A stretch of DNA of 64,000 nucleotides, taken from positions 10,614-74,613 of the IMG/VR virus record IMGVR_UViG_3300033066_001102, one strand, 5' to 3'. The notes beneath the pieces are model-generated. The model was not told where the DNA came from and did not search any database. It was given only the letters and a program-made list of their open reading frames with translations. Of the stretch, positions 8,001 through 20,200 are shown in pieces. This stretch comes from a virus. Its lineage: Duplodnaviria > Caudoviricetes. Each line of letters begins with the position of its first letter. Position 1 is the stretch's first letter. The position numbers and the translations under genes were made by a program.

Positions 8001-9920
8001 CTATGCTTCTTGTGATGTTGCAATACAATCCCAAACTGATGCTACCTCATTCCAGATCAGACCAACGTAAAGATACTTTCCAAGTACCGTCTTAGTTGGT
8101 AAGGTTGCCCCTCTGGAAGCAAACGATGCTCCCCAGGTTATAGCCCTGGCGGTACCGTTATCCAATATGCGAATAATCAAAGACTGTCCGGATGTTGGTG
8201 TACCGGATAGATTCGTTGTAAAGGAAGTGATCGCTGCAGCCAATGCTGTAATAGTGAACATATCAACATTGTCGGTATTGATTGTCGGAGTGGCGCTACT
8301 GGCCACCGTGCCCACCCTTTTCGTTACCCGCTTGTTGGTGAACGTCTGTGTCGCAGCAAGGGTAGCAACCTCATCCCAGCCGGTATCTCCTGCCGTAGAG
8401 GTCTTTAAGTACATTCTTCCTATTGATCCGGTATTTACAAAAGTAACACTGGATCTGGCCGCCGTTATCGCAGATTCCGGAGTGGCAGTGCTTACATGAA
8501 AGAAAGTTGACGTTCCGATATTCTGCATCTTCAATATCGGTTCGGTAACGGCCGCAGATGTGTCAACCAGATACAACGTACCCTCAACGCTCAGCCTCCT
8601 GGTTGATTCATTAAAGGTGAACGTCGAATGACTGTCTATTCCGGTAGCGGTACCAACAATTACCTCCCGGTTTACAAATTCAAGATCTCCGGTAGTAAGC
8701 ATGCGCTCCCAACTGGTAGAGGTAGCCCCTACTTTAAGCCATGCCGTACCATCTGATCCATCGTTTACATATGCTATGCTACTCCTTTGGGCAGTAAGCC
8801 CTGATGCGGGACTTGTTTCCCTGTAATAAGTGCCGTGATTCTTTCCGGCAACAAAATATACCATGGTATGATTGATTGCGCCCCATCCACTACCATCCGG
8901 TTCTGCACCTATTGCAAGCTGGTTACTTGCCGTGATTGCGGCATTGTATCCAAGTGACGTGGATGAATGCAGTGAATCTGTAGATGAAGACTTGCCACCA
9001 AGCATGGTCATCGCATTGCCTGTCACCAGGCCGTTACCGGTGTTGCGTCCCAAAAAGACGTTGTATTGTCCGAACTCCAGATCTCCACCGGAATTGTACC
9101 CAAGGCCAGTGTTGTGGCTTTCCGATTCTATTTTGTGAAGGGAGTTGTACCCTATTGCAGTATTGTAGGACCCGTCAATCAATCCATCCAACGCCTCTGC
9201 CCCAAAACCTGAATTGCCGATAATGTTTTCTACATCGGCATCGGTTAATGCACCTGATCCCCAACTGGTGTTTGTGTCTGAGTATTCTATGCTGAACAGC
9301 TTGGTTTCCCGGTGCCATTTGCCATTGACTTTTATGTCGAGCATCTTAATGCTATTGACCATAATAGCTACCGGCTGATTGTTAGCGCTTCCGATAATGC
9401 CGGGAGCAGTAAGCTCTTGACCATTGAGCAGCCACCTGTTATTGAGGTCTTTGAAGTCTAATAGCGAATTTACCTTTAATGCAAGTTCCCGGTTTATATC
9501 GGTCTGTGTGGCCCGGAAGGCCTGTGTTTCCTGCGCGCCTGCTGAAAAGACAACCATATCCGATTGAAGGATATCCCCGAAATTCCTAAACCCCTTCACC
9601 ACAATACCATTCTTTGAACTGTTACAACCAAACCAACCGATATCCAGGTCGTTTAGCATGTCAATCAGTTCAAAGAGGTTGCCTGGAACACCAACAACAT
9701 ACTCACGGCTGTCAATCAAAATAGATACCGGATCACCCCCATAATCAATGACCTCGTTTACATCGGCATCAAAAGTGTACTCGCTGTAGTTGCCCAACAG
9801 CTGCAGGTCAAGGTTACGGTAAGACCTTTTTGTAGGTTCCCAAAACTTTGCATTGATGGACTGCAGCACATCATTTACTGCGCCAAAATCACCCGTTGAA
9901 ACTAATGTAGGAGAAGCCAT
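8001..9920 (-). CDS. Tail fibre/spike protein
   Basis: NTAIGYNSL-type beta-roll repeats, a duplicated P..xxTA.RSS....W motif, and a C-terminal domain typical of phage fibres (SSATPTINTD...AITW...WDCIA). Confidence 0.75.
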   Translation of the reverse strand: MASPTLVSTGDFGAVNDVLQSINAKFWEPTKRSYRNLDLQLLGNYSEYTFDADVNEVIDYGGDPVSILIDSREYVVGVPGNLFELIDMLNDLDIGWFGCNSSKNGIVVKGFRNFGDILQSDMVVFSAGAQETQAFRATQTDINRELALKVNSLLDFKDLNNRWLLNGQELTAPGIIGSANNQPVAIMVNSIKMLDIKVNGKWHRETKLFSIEYSDTNTSWGSGALTDADVENIIGNSGFGAEALDGLIDGSYNTAIGYNSLHKIESESHNTGLGYNSGGDLEFGQYNVFLGRNTGNGLVTGNAMTMLGGKSSSTDSLHSSTSLGYNAAITASNQLAIGAEPDGSGWGAINHTMVYFVAGKNHGTYYRETSPASGLTAQRSSIAYVNDGSDGTAWLKVGATSTSWERMLTTGDLEFVNREVIVGTATGIDSHSTFTFNESTRRLSVEGTLYLVDTSAAVTEPILKMQNIGTSTFFHVSTATPESAITAARSSVTFVNTGSIGRMYLKTSTAGDTGWDEVATLAATQTFTNKRVTKRVGTVASSATPTINTDNVDMFTITALAAAITSFTTNLSGTPTSGQSLIIRILDNGTARAITWGASFASRGATLPTKTVLGKYLYVGLIWNEVASVWDCIATSQEA

Positions 9921-12900
9921 TATGCAGGGGGATTAATGTTTACAATAATTGCGGACGCCGTAGTAACTCCTGTAAGCTTGATCTTCATAATGCTATGCTC
10001 CGGAACATCTATTAATGAACTGGAAGTTGACAGTTCGCTGATAGGCACGATATCAACCGGAGTAAGACCGGGCACCGGAAGCGGGAAGTATTTGAAGTAA
10101 TCGTATGCATGGCACGTTCCTATTGAACCGTAAAGCTCTTCGCTGTAACACCCTGTTACATCCACATCCGTTAACAAAGTGGTGCCATCCACGACAATAC
10201 TCTGGATGACTTCCGCATCATTGATATTGTACAGCCATAAGTAAACCACGGAATCAACCTCAAATGCTACAATATCAAACTGTAGTGGCTGGTTCGTGAT
10301 CGTCACCGGAATGAATACCGGGTAGCCGCCTGAATACGTGCTTAATGGTTTAAGCAGTTCGTATGCTACCCCTTGTATTCGCTTCACGAATGTATCCGCG
10401 CCAGATCCGTTTATGTATGACGGATCGATCGAGAACAATGCATCTTGCGCAGTAATTACCGAAACGGCACTTTCGTTCATTAAGAATACAGCGCTTGAGA
10501 TAAAATTATCGTGAGTATGATTGAACTTGAAAAACTCAATTATCTCATTTATGATCATAAGCCCATGTAGCATGGTGTTCGCTACATATCCGGTACGCTG
10601 CTGCGAGCATCCGTATTGCCCAACATGCATCCTTAACGGATAAGCCAGGTCATAATAAGTTTGCAGCCTGGGCAGGACTTCCCCGTATAAACTGTTATTG
10701 CCATCAAACAGATTATCCCTTGTATAATCCAGAGCAAGGGCAAAGTAAACATCAATATCCGTAGAGTTGTTTGCCCCGGGAGAGTTGCCGCCATTATCCC
10801 CTAACCAGAAGTATTGACTGAATTCCTCGATACCCTGAGAGATTGCACAAGCCACAACATCAGCATTGGTCCAACCGGAACGATCCTGAATAGCCAGGTT
10901 TATCACCCTTACTGCATTTGGGAAATTGGCTTTTACATAATTATCAAACGTAACAACCAGGGCTATGTACTCCGCAGAAGTCATCGAGGCGCCAGGTGTA
11001 ACAGCGTCAGAATTGCCGGTACTCATCTCGTTACCGTATCGCACCTTGTAAGGGATACCAAGCGATTCCAGTTCTGTAAGATATTGCCCTAACTCGGTTG
11101 TGGTACCGTGCGATAGGTTTGCCGTAAACACGATCATGCTCATGTTTGCAACCGAATTACAATACGTCTTAAACCGGGCCCAGAAGTCCTGCCCGGAATC
11201 GTTGTACGTTTCGTGCAGGTCTACGGCATCATCAACGCTTCCGGTATAATGATAGATCTCATTTGTATTTGCCCGCATCCCTACATTTGATACCGTTGTC
11301 AATGGCTCGTTGTTTGGCACAAGGTCAAACCCGCCACGCTTGCTTACATAGTGTATCCACCGATCCTGAGCACCGGATGAATAGACGCCATGCTTAAATC
11401 CAATTTCATTTACAAAGTCCGTGAAATCGGTTTTGCTGTATAAATCAGTATAATATAAGCCCACGTTATCCAATGCAACCCCAAACAACGGCAGCATGTT
11501 ATCAATTTCATCAGCAGTGTCCGGAGTGGTGAATACCACGGACAAGCTGTATGGGCGAAGCCTTAAGGTGTCCTGCTCAACATATGTAACGCCTTCGGTG
11601 ACAGGATCCGTCGCATTCGTGCTGTAGTTTTGTGTTACAGACAGATTACTTGCCGGCACCGATACGCCATCAATAATGAGTGAATCGACAGTAATATCCT
11701 CTGCAGTAGGATTCAGCAGCAGCACCCGGATCTCGCTGCCAACCTTTATCGCGAGCGTCACCAGGTTACTGTCAACAATAGAACTATTGCTTACCATGGG
11801 CAGCAGCTTTTGATTATCCGCAAAGAAGCTACCCAACTGAACCATGAAAGGGTAATGCACTTTTGTGCTGTAATCATCATTCACATCAAACAGCTGCTTG
11901 ATATTCATGAAACACGCTCCTACCAATTTGTCATCATGATCCAGATTGTCTTTGGTAAGAGTCATGTATATTTCGGCCATGAGCAAGCCATTTGCAGCCG
12001 TGTTACGGATCGGGGAAGTAGCCTTAACAGTAACCTGGGATAAGAACACCCCCTTACCGTTTAAGTCGCTATCCTCTACGAATGCCCAAAAATCAGTCCG
12101 ATCAGCAACCTTCTGGCGAACCGCAGGATAATCCACCGCGTCGCTATCTTTAAACTGATAATACTGCCGGTTTACATCAACAATATCCAGTTCCATTAAG
12201 ACCTGATTCCAGTCGGCATCATCATTGCCTCCGTCGTCCCACAACCTGCCATCCATAGAGATAATGACATTAGGAAGTGCCGCCCGGATATATTCAAGGA
12301 TAGTCGTTCCTGCATCTACTTCGGTCAACAGCCGATAAAGAATTTGCGCCTTCGTTGTTTCTGCCCCTCCGGTATTCACAAACAGATCCTCCCATGCGCC
12401 GGTCTTTAACTCCATACCCAACTCCAAGATATCAAGACTGGCATTTGTAGCATTAATTCCGGCAACGATTAGATCAACCTCGTCCTTTACGGCCTGATAG
12501 TCCACCGAAGCCCATACGATTGTATCATTGCTGAATGGAATTAGCGGAGAGGCCAGGTTCAATCCAACTACAGCCCTGGTTATTTCCAACTGGTCGATGA
12601 AGTACTGGAACTCGGTAAAGAACTTGCGGCCATAAGGATTGCCGCCATTATACAGGTCACCGCCTTGTACCGTTGTATAGTCAAGCCCCCGATCGGTAGC
12701 ATCCGATTCGATACTTCCCCATCCATCCGTTCCTGCAGGATGCCACCAGTCGATGACAGCGCCGGTCGGGAAAGCCAAGAAACTGAAATTAAGCTCCTTC
12801 ACCGCATTAATCAGATCGGTATTTCCTACAAGTGAATTTTCAATAGAAAGGTCAAACCATGTGGATCCCCAAATATTAAGCATATCAACAGGCGATTCCG

Positions 12901-13333
12901 TCGATATGGAAAGAGTAATGACATCGGTGTCGATAGCATTATCAGGGAACATCTCACCGTACTGGTGATAGGCCTGTACGGTAAATATATGATTATCGTC
13001 CACCGACCAGGTTCCAAGCCCCATGGCATTCAGGGCATCCAATAATTCTTCTTCATCTGCAACATCCTCCGCAACCAACTCGATATTGTTATCCACCACA
13101 ACCCAATAGGTAAACGGATATTCAAATCCGGATGCATCGTAAGTATAGGTAAGTAGCCTGGAATAGTACCCGATGAAGGCATATGACTCCGTTACCTCCA
13201 TTGACGCAGCCCCATTCTCACTATTTGGATCACATGAACAGTCATTCTCTACCCTTAATGCGGGCAGCCGCTTTGCCTCCGAAGTATCGCAGGTCCTGTT
13301 ATTAACAACCAATGCAGGAAGTGTTGTTGACAT
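9920..13333 (-). CDS. Tail-associated protein with two tandem clan GH-A-like (TIM barrel plus beta-sandwich) modules
   Basis: FLAFPTGAVIDWWH resembles the LRFPGG motif of GH51/GH79; YGNEM acid/base-like motif; two beta-sandwich ends (LRPYSLSVV and VPEHSIMKI). Confidence 0.6.
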   Translation of the reverse strand: MSTTLPALVVNNRTCDTSEAKRLPALRVENDCSCDPNSENGAASMEVTESYAFIGYYSRLLTYTYDASGFEYPFTYWVVVDNNIELVAEDVADEEELLDALNAMGLGTWSVDDNHIFTVQAYHQYGEMFPDNAIDTDVITLSISTESPVDMLNIWGSTWFDLSIENSLVGNTDLINAVKELNFSFLAFPTGAVIDWWHPAGTDGWGSIESDATDRGLDYTTVQGGDLYNGGNPYGRKFFTEFQYFIDQLEITRAVVGLNLASPLIPFSNDTIVWASVDYQAVKDEVDLIVAGINATNASLDILELGMELKTGAWEDLFVNTGGAETTKAQILYRLLTEVDAGTTILEYIRAALPNVIISMDGRLWDDGGNDDADWNQVLMELDIVDVNRQYYQFKDSDAVDYPAVRQKVADRTDFWAFVEDSDLNGKGVFLSQVTVKATSPIRNTAANGLLMAEIYMTLTKDNLDHDDKLVGACFMNIKQLFDVNDDYSTKVHYPFMVQLGSFFADNQKLLPMVSNSSIVDSNLVTLAIKVGSEIRVLLLNPTAEDITVDSLIIDGVSVPASNLSVTQNYSTNATDPVTEGVTYVEQDTLRLRPYSLSVVFTTPDTADEIDNMLPLFGVALDNVGLYYTDLYSKTDFTDFVNEIGFKHGVYSSGAQDRWIHYVSKRGGFDLVPNNEPLTTVSNVGMRANTNEIYHYTGSVDDAVDLHETYNDSGQDFWARFKTYCNSVANMSMIVFTANLSHGTTTELGQYLTELESLGIPYKVRYGNEMSTGNSDAVTPGASMTSAEYIALVVTFDNYVKANFPNAVRVINLAIQDRSGWTNADVVACAISQGIEEFSQYFWLGDNGGNSPGANNSTDIDVYFALALDYTRDNLFDGNNSLYGEVLPRLQTYYDLAYPLRMHVGQYGCSQQRTGYVANTMLHGLMIINEIIEFFKFNHTHDNFISSAVFLMNESAVSVITAQDALFSIDPSYINGSGADTFVKRIQGVAYELLKPLSTYSGGYPVFIPVTITNQPLQFDIVAFEVDSVVYLWLYNINDAEVIQSIVVDGTTLLTDVDVTGCYSEELYGSIGTCHAYDYFKYFPLPVPGLTPVDIVPISELSTSSSLIDVPEHSIMKIKLTGVTTASAIIVNINPPA

Positions 13334-13336
13334 GGA

Positions 13337-13576
13337 TCAGTATCGGTTTTGATAGTAACAGTTATAGATCTCGTATTCTTCTTCAGTAGCGTTATGCTGC
13401 AAAAGGTATATCAGCAGTTGAAAAATAGTAATGCTGTTTTCCAGTCCGAAGCGTGACAATCCGATGTTTCCCCGGTACACTTTCTTGCAGTGCGCCGACG
13501 ACAACTTGGCTATGATGGTACACGCTAATGCATTGGCATCCGTGTTCTCGATTTCTTTGATATCTGGGACTACCAT
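13337..13576 (-). CDS. Small structural-region hypothetical protein
   Basis: Coupled between tail genes. Confidence 0.55.
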   Translation of the reverse strand: MVVPDIKEIENTDANALACTIIAKLSSAHCKKVYRGNIGLSRFGLENSITIFQLLIYLLQHNATEEEYEIYNCYYQNRY

Positions 13577-14247
13577 TCCGGATCAGTTTGAAGTTTGATT
13601 ATCTTTTTCTGTACAGAACTCAACCCGTTTGTAACACAGTTGCAATCGCATCCATCTGTTTGCGCCACGAACTTAAGGCTCTCAAAATCCTTTACGGTCT
13701 GATAGTACAGATCAATATACTTCTTGTCATTGCACTGAGAAACGCCATTGAAGATTTTCTTTCCAATAGCGGTAATCGCCGCTTGCGCTTGACTATAAAG
13801 AAAAACAGATTCCGTTACCGTGCCGGCTACTGTTTCTTCGTCGGAGTAAACATCATACTTAAATGTCCAACAGCCATCACTGAAGCAGGAAGCCACAACC
13901 CCGTCGCAGTCACTTAGAACCGATTCGCCCCCACATACATCGCAACCTTCAACCACATCATCCTCGTCTTCATCTTCCTCCTCATCCTCTGGAGCGTAGT
14001 TGTCGCAGTTAAATGAAATCTGGCCTTGTGACGGAAGATACCCGAGATCTGTCAGTTCCGTAAAAGTATCCGCGCCTGGAGCTTTAACGGATATTACCGT
14101 TTTAAACACATCCTCCTTCGCAATGTTAGGAGAACCATACCCACCCGGTTCATCATCGGCATCGTAGTCAGGAGTAGTATCTTCAAAATAGTTTGTCTTT
14201 TGATCCGGATAACCGAGCGTTACCGTGAATTCTGGAATGAGCGCCAT
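13570..14247 (-). CDS. Putative tail hub/attachment protein (Cys-rich, acidic insert)
   Basis: Beta-rich N-terminus, helical CDCNC C-terminus; position next to the appendage genes. Confidence 0.45.
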   Translation of the reverse strand: MALIPEFTVTLGYPDQKTNYFEDTTPDYDADDEPGGYGSPNIAKEDVFKTVISVKAPGADTFTELTDLGYLPSQGQISFNCDNYAPEDEEEDEDEDDVVEGCDVCGGESVLSDCDGVVASCFSDGCWTFKYDVYSDEETVAGTVTESVFLYSQAQAAITAIGKKIFNGVSQCNDKKYIDLYYQTVKDFESLKFVAQTDGCDCNCVTNGLSSVQKKIIKLQTDPEW

Positions 14248-14248
14248 A

Positions 14249-17200
14249 TCAATTTTTATTTTCTCTTAGTTTGGCCCTATAGCGATATTCACGCTGTTCT
14301 TTAGGAGTCATTTCTTGACGATTTTGCTCCTTAGAATAGTACATCGCATCCATCAATTCTAAGTAAAGATAATCACTAATAACATTCAAATCCCTAAAAC
14401 TCTGAAGCTCAGTCTTAATCTGCGCATCGGTAGCGCCCCTTAATTCTTCCTTTATATATGCTGGCTTCGATTCTGCCGGCAAGTTATGAATGAACTTTTG
14501 ACGCTTACTCAAAGGAAATTTAGGCATTTCCACAACCTTTTTGGTTTGCTGAAGTATCAATCGTTCAGATTCCGGTGTCTCAGGATCCGCAATTTTAAAG
14601 TTGATAGAATCCATGGCTTCATCTTTCGGCATTGTGCTGTATTGTGAATCGTACAATTTTTGAGCATCTTCTTTAACTTTAGCCATATCATACTGTTGTT
14701 CATGTAAAGAGGAGTAGTCGGATGGTTTTACTGCCATTGACCGCTGATTCAGAGTATTCAAAATCTCCTTATTAATGAAAGGAACCTGAATTACCAGGTT
14801 ACCCATTGCCAATGCCGCCCGTGCCATATTATACTTTGCCAGCGCATCATCATCCGGATTACCATTGCCGACCACATCCATTGCATCTAACACCGGTTGG
14901 TACAGCTTATCTATCGGAGTAGTGAACGGCATAAAGATATTGTACACCTGCTTTGCCTGCGCCCATTCCGTTGGTAATGGGAAGTTTGGACTGTATAAAA
15001 GCGCATCATGGTATGAATTATATGCATGCCCTATAAGATTTTCAGTTACCCGCTTATTAGCCATTTCAGCTAATGCATTGAAAATGATTTTGTTGAAGTA
15101 AGGCAGCCTTCCAAGTGCGAATAATTGCAATCCTGCAGAAAACAGATTCCTTGCCCAATACTCTTTAGTGTACAGATCTTCCAATTGCGCCTTTTTCTCT
15201 TTCGGATCTCCACCCATGCCGATAATCAATGCGCTGATCAACTTTGACATTACATTAAATGCCATATTACCTGCCAGATATCCCATGGTAATTCCAGCAG
15301 ACTTAAGCCTTCCGTATTCACCTTTACCAGAAATTAAATCAGAAGCATATCGTTGAGCATACGCCGTTTGTTGATACATAAGTACTCCAAGGAAGTAACG
15401 GAACCGCCCCATGGCATACGCATACCATGCTTTTCGCTCATCTTCATTCTGAAAACTATATACCTTTTCTGCCGCTCTTCCCCGGTTTGAAACACCAATG
15501 GATTTGTCCACAATCTTCTCAGCATAGTTCCCCGCTGCAGTAACTACTTCCGGAGGCAATGTTGTGGTAATATCTTGAACCGGAATATTTTCATCGTACC
15601 CGTGATCCTTTAGGTATTGCCGGAAAGAAGCTACCCATATCGGGAAGGAGCTCGGATAGTCGCCTATACCAATACTAAGTTGCTGAATCAAATCTCCTGT
15701 CCTACGAACAGCATTGTGCTGCCATGCATTGAAAGTGTCAAATGCAAGTGTTTCTAATTTACTTCTGTTACGATGGTCGTACTTCTTCATCGTCGTCCTC
15801 GACTCTTTCCAGTGTTTCAATGGTGATAGGAACGGATTGTGCAGGATCATTGATTGCCCACCTGGCATATCAACAAGCTCGGTGTGTGTGCTAAACCGTT
15901 GATAAATACTGAATCCATTATTACGCATAAGTTCCAACCATTCCCTTGAGTGTGAAAAGAAATCACGGCCATTTTTATAAATGATTTTAATTGCATTATA
16001 TGGATTGCTTGACAAGTAAGCAGCTGCAATGGTCCAGTTAGGAATATATTCCGCAAACCGCTTTACACTGACAAGCGCCTGACCGGTGAGGGACCGGATT
16101 AATGCATCTACAATCTTCTGTCCTGTTGACTTCGACAATTCGTTAAATCCTATCTCATGCTTCAGCATAGTCATTACCTGATCGCGCAACGTAGTAGCAA
16201 GGTCTGAAGTCATTGCATCGGTAAAGGTCGGGGTGATCATTGCCCCAAATACTTCACGGATCGGTTCTGTCAAGTGTTTATCAAACAAAGTCCCTTCAAT
16301 GCTTCCGAGTAGTGACTGATAGGCAAAAGAGTAAAATACCTTTTTCGGATAGGTACGCTGGAACATGGATGATGCCTTTGTATTCATTATCGCATCCCGA
16401 AGCCCATCGCCAGATTCCATAGCAGCAATCTGATTCTCCAACTTTGCTTCATCCACGTTAACACCTCCCAATATGGTCATAGGATGGTAGTTCTCGATGA
16501 AGTTTACATTTTCACCACGCACGTACATCTGCAGGTATTGAACGATTGGTTGCAACCGATCTTCGACAAGGTCATGCAAACCGTTTGCAAAGGCTTTTTG
16601 CGCAGGAGTGAAAGAATCCCATGTTGCCTGAAGATCAATTACCCGTTCTTCTGTATCATCGGTTGGTGTTGTGAATTTTAATGCATTGTAGGCATCCAGG
16701 TAATCCATTTCAAATACATCGGAATAGAATGAACTCTCACGCATGTTTGCGATGCTGTCATTCAGTTTCTTTTTGAAATCAATATCCGGACGGTTACGAT
16801 CCACCTGATTTGCAAATGCCCACATCCTAACCATCATTGCCGCCTTTGATCTGGAATTTAGACCGGTACCAAGCGCGTCGTATAGTTTATCCAATTGATG
16901 CTTAACAGTCTGATAGTCCGTCCGGAATTGTTCAATGGCTGTAGTGATCGGCTGAATATAATGCTGCCAGAAAGGAGCGTCATATTTCATATTTGGATCG
17001 GGCCTTAATAGAATCGTATCCCACAATGTCTTAGGATTGCGTTTCAGTTCTTCTGCTAATTCCCGGATATTCTTAAAGTAAAATTCCGTTTCCTGCTTCA
17101 TGTTAACCACCGTCGCTGCCTTCTGCTGCTTACGTGCAGGAAGCACCCAATCCTTGTCCATGTGACCGGAAACAAGTTGGTTGTGATACAGATTGTACAT

Positions 17201-20200
17201 GACGCCGTAATAGTTCTTCATCTGATTGAACTTAAGTTCATGATGATCGATATTTACGAATTCCCGTACTTTCTGTTGTAATTGCTTGTCAATTTCCGGA
17301 TGCCGCACAATAGAGGTAGGATCAAAATTATTCTTCATTTCGTCAATCAAATCACTCCACCTATTCCGTTGCGCCTCCTCTCTATTTGCCCTTGCCTCTG
17401 ACGATTCCCGTTCTTCAGGTTCCACCGTTTCAATCTCATTGGCCCAATCAGTCACTTCACGGATCACTTCACGGATCAGGTTTACGTCAGGAAGGAGCTC
17501 CCTGCCTTTTGCCGCCAAAGGATTAATTGCCTGGAGATATTTAAACAATAAGTTCACCGGTATCCGTTGCCTACTTTTTATTATGGGCAGGTTCACCAGT
17601 TCCATTCCAAGCATACGGATATCTGGAAACTTCTGTTGTTTAAGCAGATTGCGCCGTGCATCACGCTTTGCGCGAATTGCTTCTCGGTACTGTTCCCTGT
17701 AAATAAACTTGTCAATGGCCTGTTCAAACCGTGTGATGGCTGTAGCAAGCCTTGCAGGATTGCCCTGAGACTTGCGGATTTTGTCAATGGCATCGAGAAA
17801 CAATCTGGTATCACTGAGCCCAATACTCTTTACCCGTTGTGTGATATAATTGGTCAGGTTATCCAATGCCGTTTCCATGTCACCAGGTTGAGCATTGTTC
17901 ACGAACTTCCTAATCCGTTTTAGATAGCTGTCTAAGGAATCAATATCCGCTGCAGAGCTTATACCATAATCATTGAGCATCCGGATGAAATCATCCATTT
18001 TATACGGATTACCCCTTTTCGCCTGATCACGGTACCAGTTGGTTGTTTCGATGTAGTTGAGCGCATTTCGGATTGCACGAGCAACGCTGAATCCTGCCTT
18101 AACGCTATACCGGATAATTTTAAGAGCGCCTTTCAGGATCAACTTTGGAGGAAGCAGGTATGCTTTGCCGCCACTACCCATCTTCGCAAATTCTGAATCT
18201 ACGCTATCATATAATTGTTTTAATCTATTGTCTATGCGTTCTTGAAGACCAGCCGATTTTGAATTGTCCGGAAACTGCATGAACGGTCCTTCTTCTTCTT
18301 CTTCAGTTCCGGCTCCCAATCCTTTAACCTCACCATCCTCGGTGTCTTCACTTTTTGCAGTTGGCTCATCCGCATCCATTTTTTCATCTTCTTCCCGCTG
18401 CTTACGTTCTTGATCTGATTCTTTCTTTCCTTTCCTTTGCTTCCGCTCTTCTTTTCGCTGCTCCCTTTCGCGATCATCCGCAATTAATCTTTGTATGATT
18501 TCCAATAGTTCCATTGAGTTACTATCAAGTTCACCTTCCCCATCGGATGTTATGCCCTCCTGTAATAATTGCGCTTCCAGTTCTAAAATCTGCTTCTGCA
18601 TCATATCCATTTCTTCCATTTTTTCAAATGGCTGCCCGATCTGTCCTTTAATCTTGTCAATTTCAGATTGATACTCGCTGATCCGTGTATCAATCGTTTC
18701 TTGGTCAAATGAGATATCCTTGACCTTGCCATAAATCCTATTGCCCAGTGATATGCCTCCATTAAAATTAAAGGTGTCTTCCATCCGTTCACCTAAAAAT
18801 AACTGTACCTCGCTACCAATCGCATTAGTATCAAAGATGGGCTCTGTTTTTTTATCATAATTAGTACCACGAGCCTCTTCGTTAAACATTCCTGTTTGAC
18901 CACCATCAACCCAAGCACCAAATCGGTTTGTTATAACGGCAGTCATGTGATCGCCAAATTTAATTACCACCTTCACATTACCACCTGCATCACGGCCTTT
19001 CTCATGTAACTTCTGGATTGCCTTTGCCTGCGCCTCATCAATGGCCTGTCCGAATTTTTCTTTATGAACAATACCATCAATCGTAACAGTAGTGATTTTA
19101 CGATCTGATGACTTCATCTTGCCATCTTCCGTTCTTTCAAAATCCATCCAGTTGGGTAGATCTTCCATGAAAGCATTCAAGAATGGCTTGCGAGAATATA
19201 GTGCTGGTATAATCGCTTCCAGTTCCTTCACGCGGCCGGCCAGTTTACCTTCGCGAAGACGATAGTTGTTATATGCTGCCTCAAGCTGCCTAAGCATCCG
19301 TTGACTTTCTCGCAATAACAGTCCAGTCGAACTGCCAGCAAGCATTGATGCCATAATTCCATTTTGAAGATCACCATCAGAAATATCAATATCGTCATGA
19401 GCGCTCCAGTCAAGAAAATTGGAAAGCGCTTGATTAATAAATTTTCCTTTTATCTCTAATCGTTGATAGGCCAAAGCATCCATTGTATCTTTCACGCCAA
19501 CCTCTTTAACCATCACTGGCCGATCAAACCCACCCTCCTCTATTGATAATGCGCAAAGATTTCCCTGTCTTATGCCACGTCCATTACGTTGTGTCATTTT
19601 AGAAGGAAGATCAGGGGCATCTACATGCCATAAGGCAACTACCCTTTCCTGTACATTTATACCTACACCAATTTTATCCGTGTGGCCAATAAGAAATCTA
19701 ACCTTCCCCTCATTCATATCCTGCATGACAAGTGCTCGCCTTAACCCATCAAACTTATCATCTGCAATTACTATTTCGGAAGGAAGAACCCCATTGGCAA
19801 TAAGATTTTTCCGAATTTCCTGATGAGCATTGAATGAAGAATCTCTGGATCTAATCGAATCGCAGAATATCAATTGAGTTCCCTTAATGCCAGTTGTTTC
19901 ATGATACACTTCAGCAGCGCGAATGGCTGTCTGATTCAATTTGCTATTAGGATCTTCCGGATACTTTTTGTATTTGTTATTAAGAAGCCGTACATCAACA
20001 GCCGCTTTCTTTGCTAATCCATAAAGCACAATGGGCAACCAAATAAGTTTAGCTTGTTGAGACCCTTGCAAATTATCCCACCATACCGCAAGGCTTCGAA
20101 TAGTATCAATAACCTCTTTCGTAGCAAAAGACATTTCTAATACTATTTGCTCCACCTCTTTATTTGGTACAAGCCGACTTTCCTTGAACTCTAAAATATC

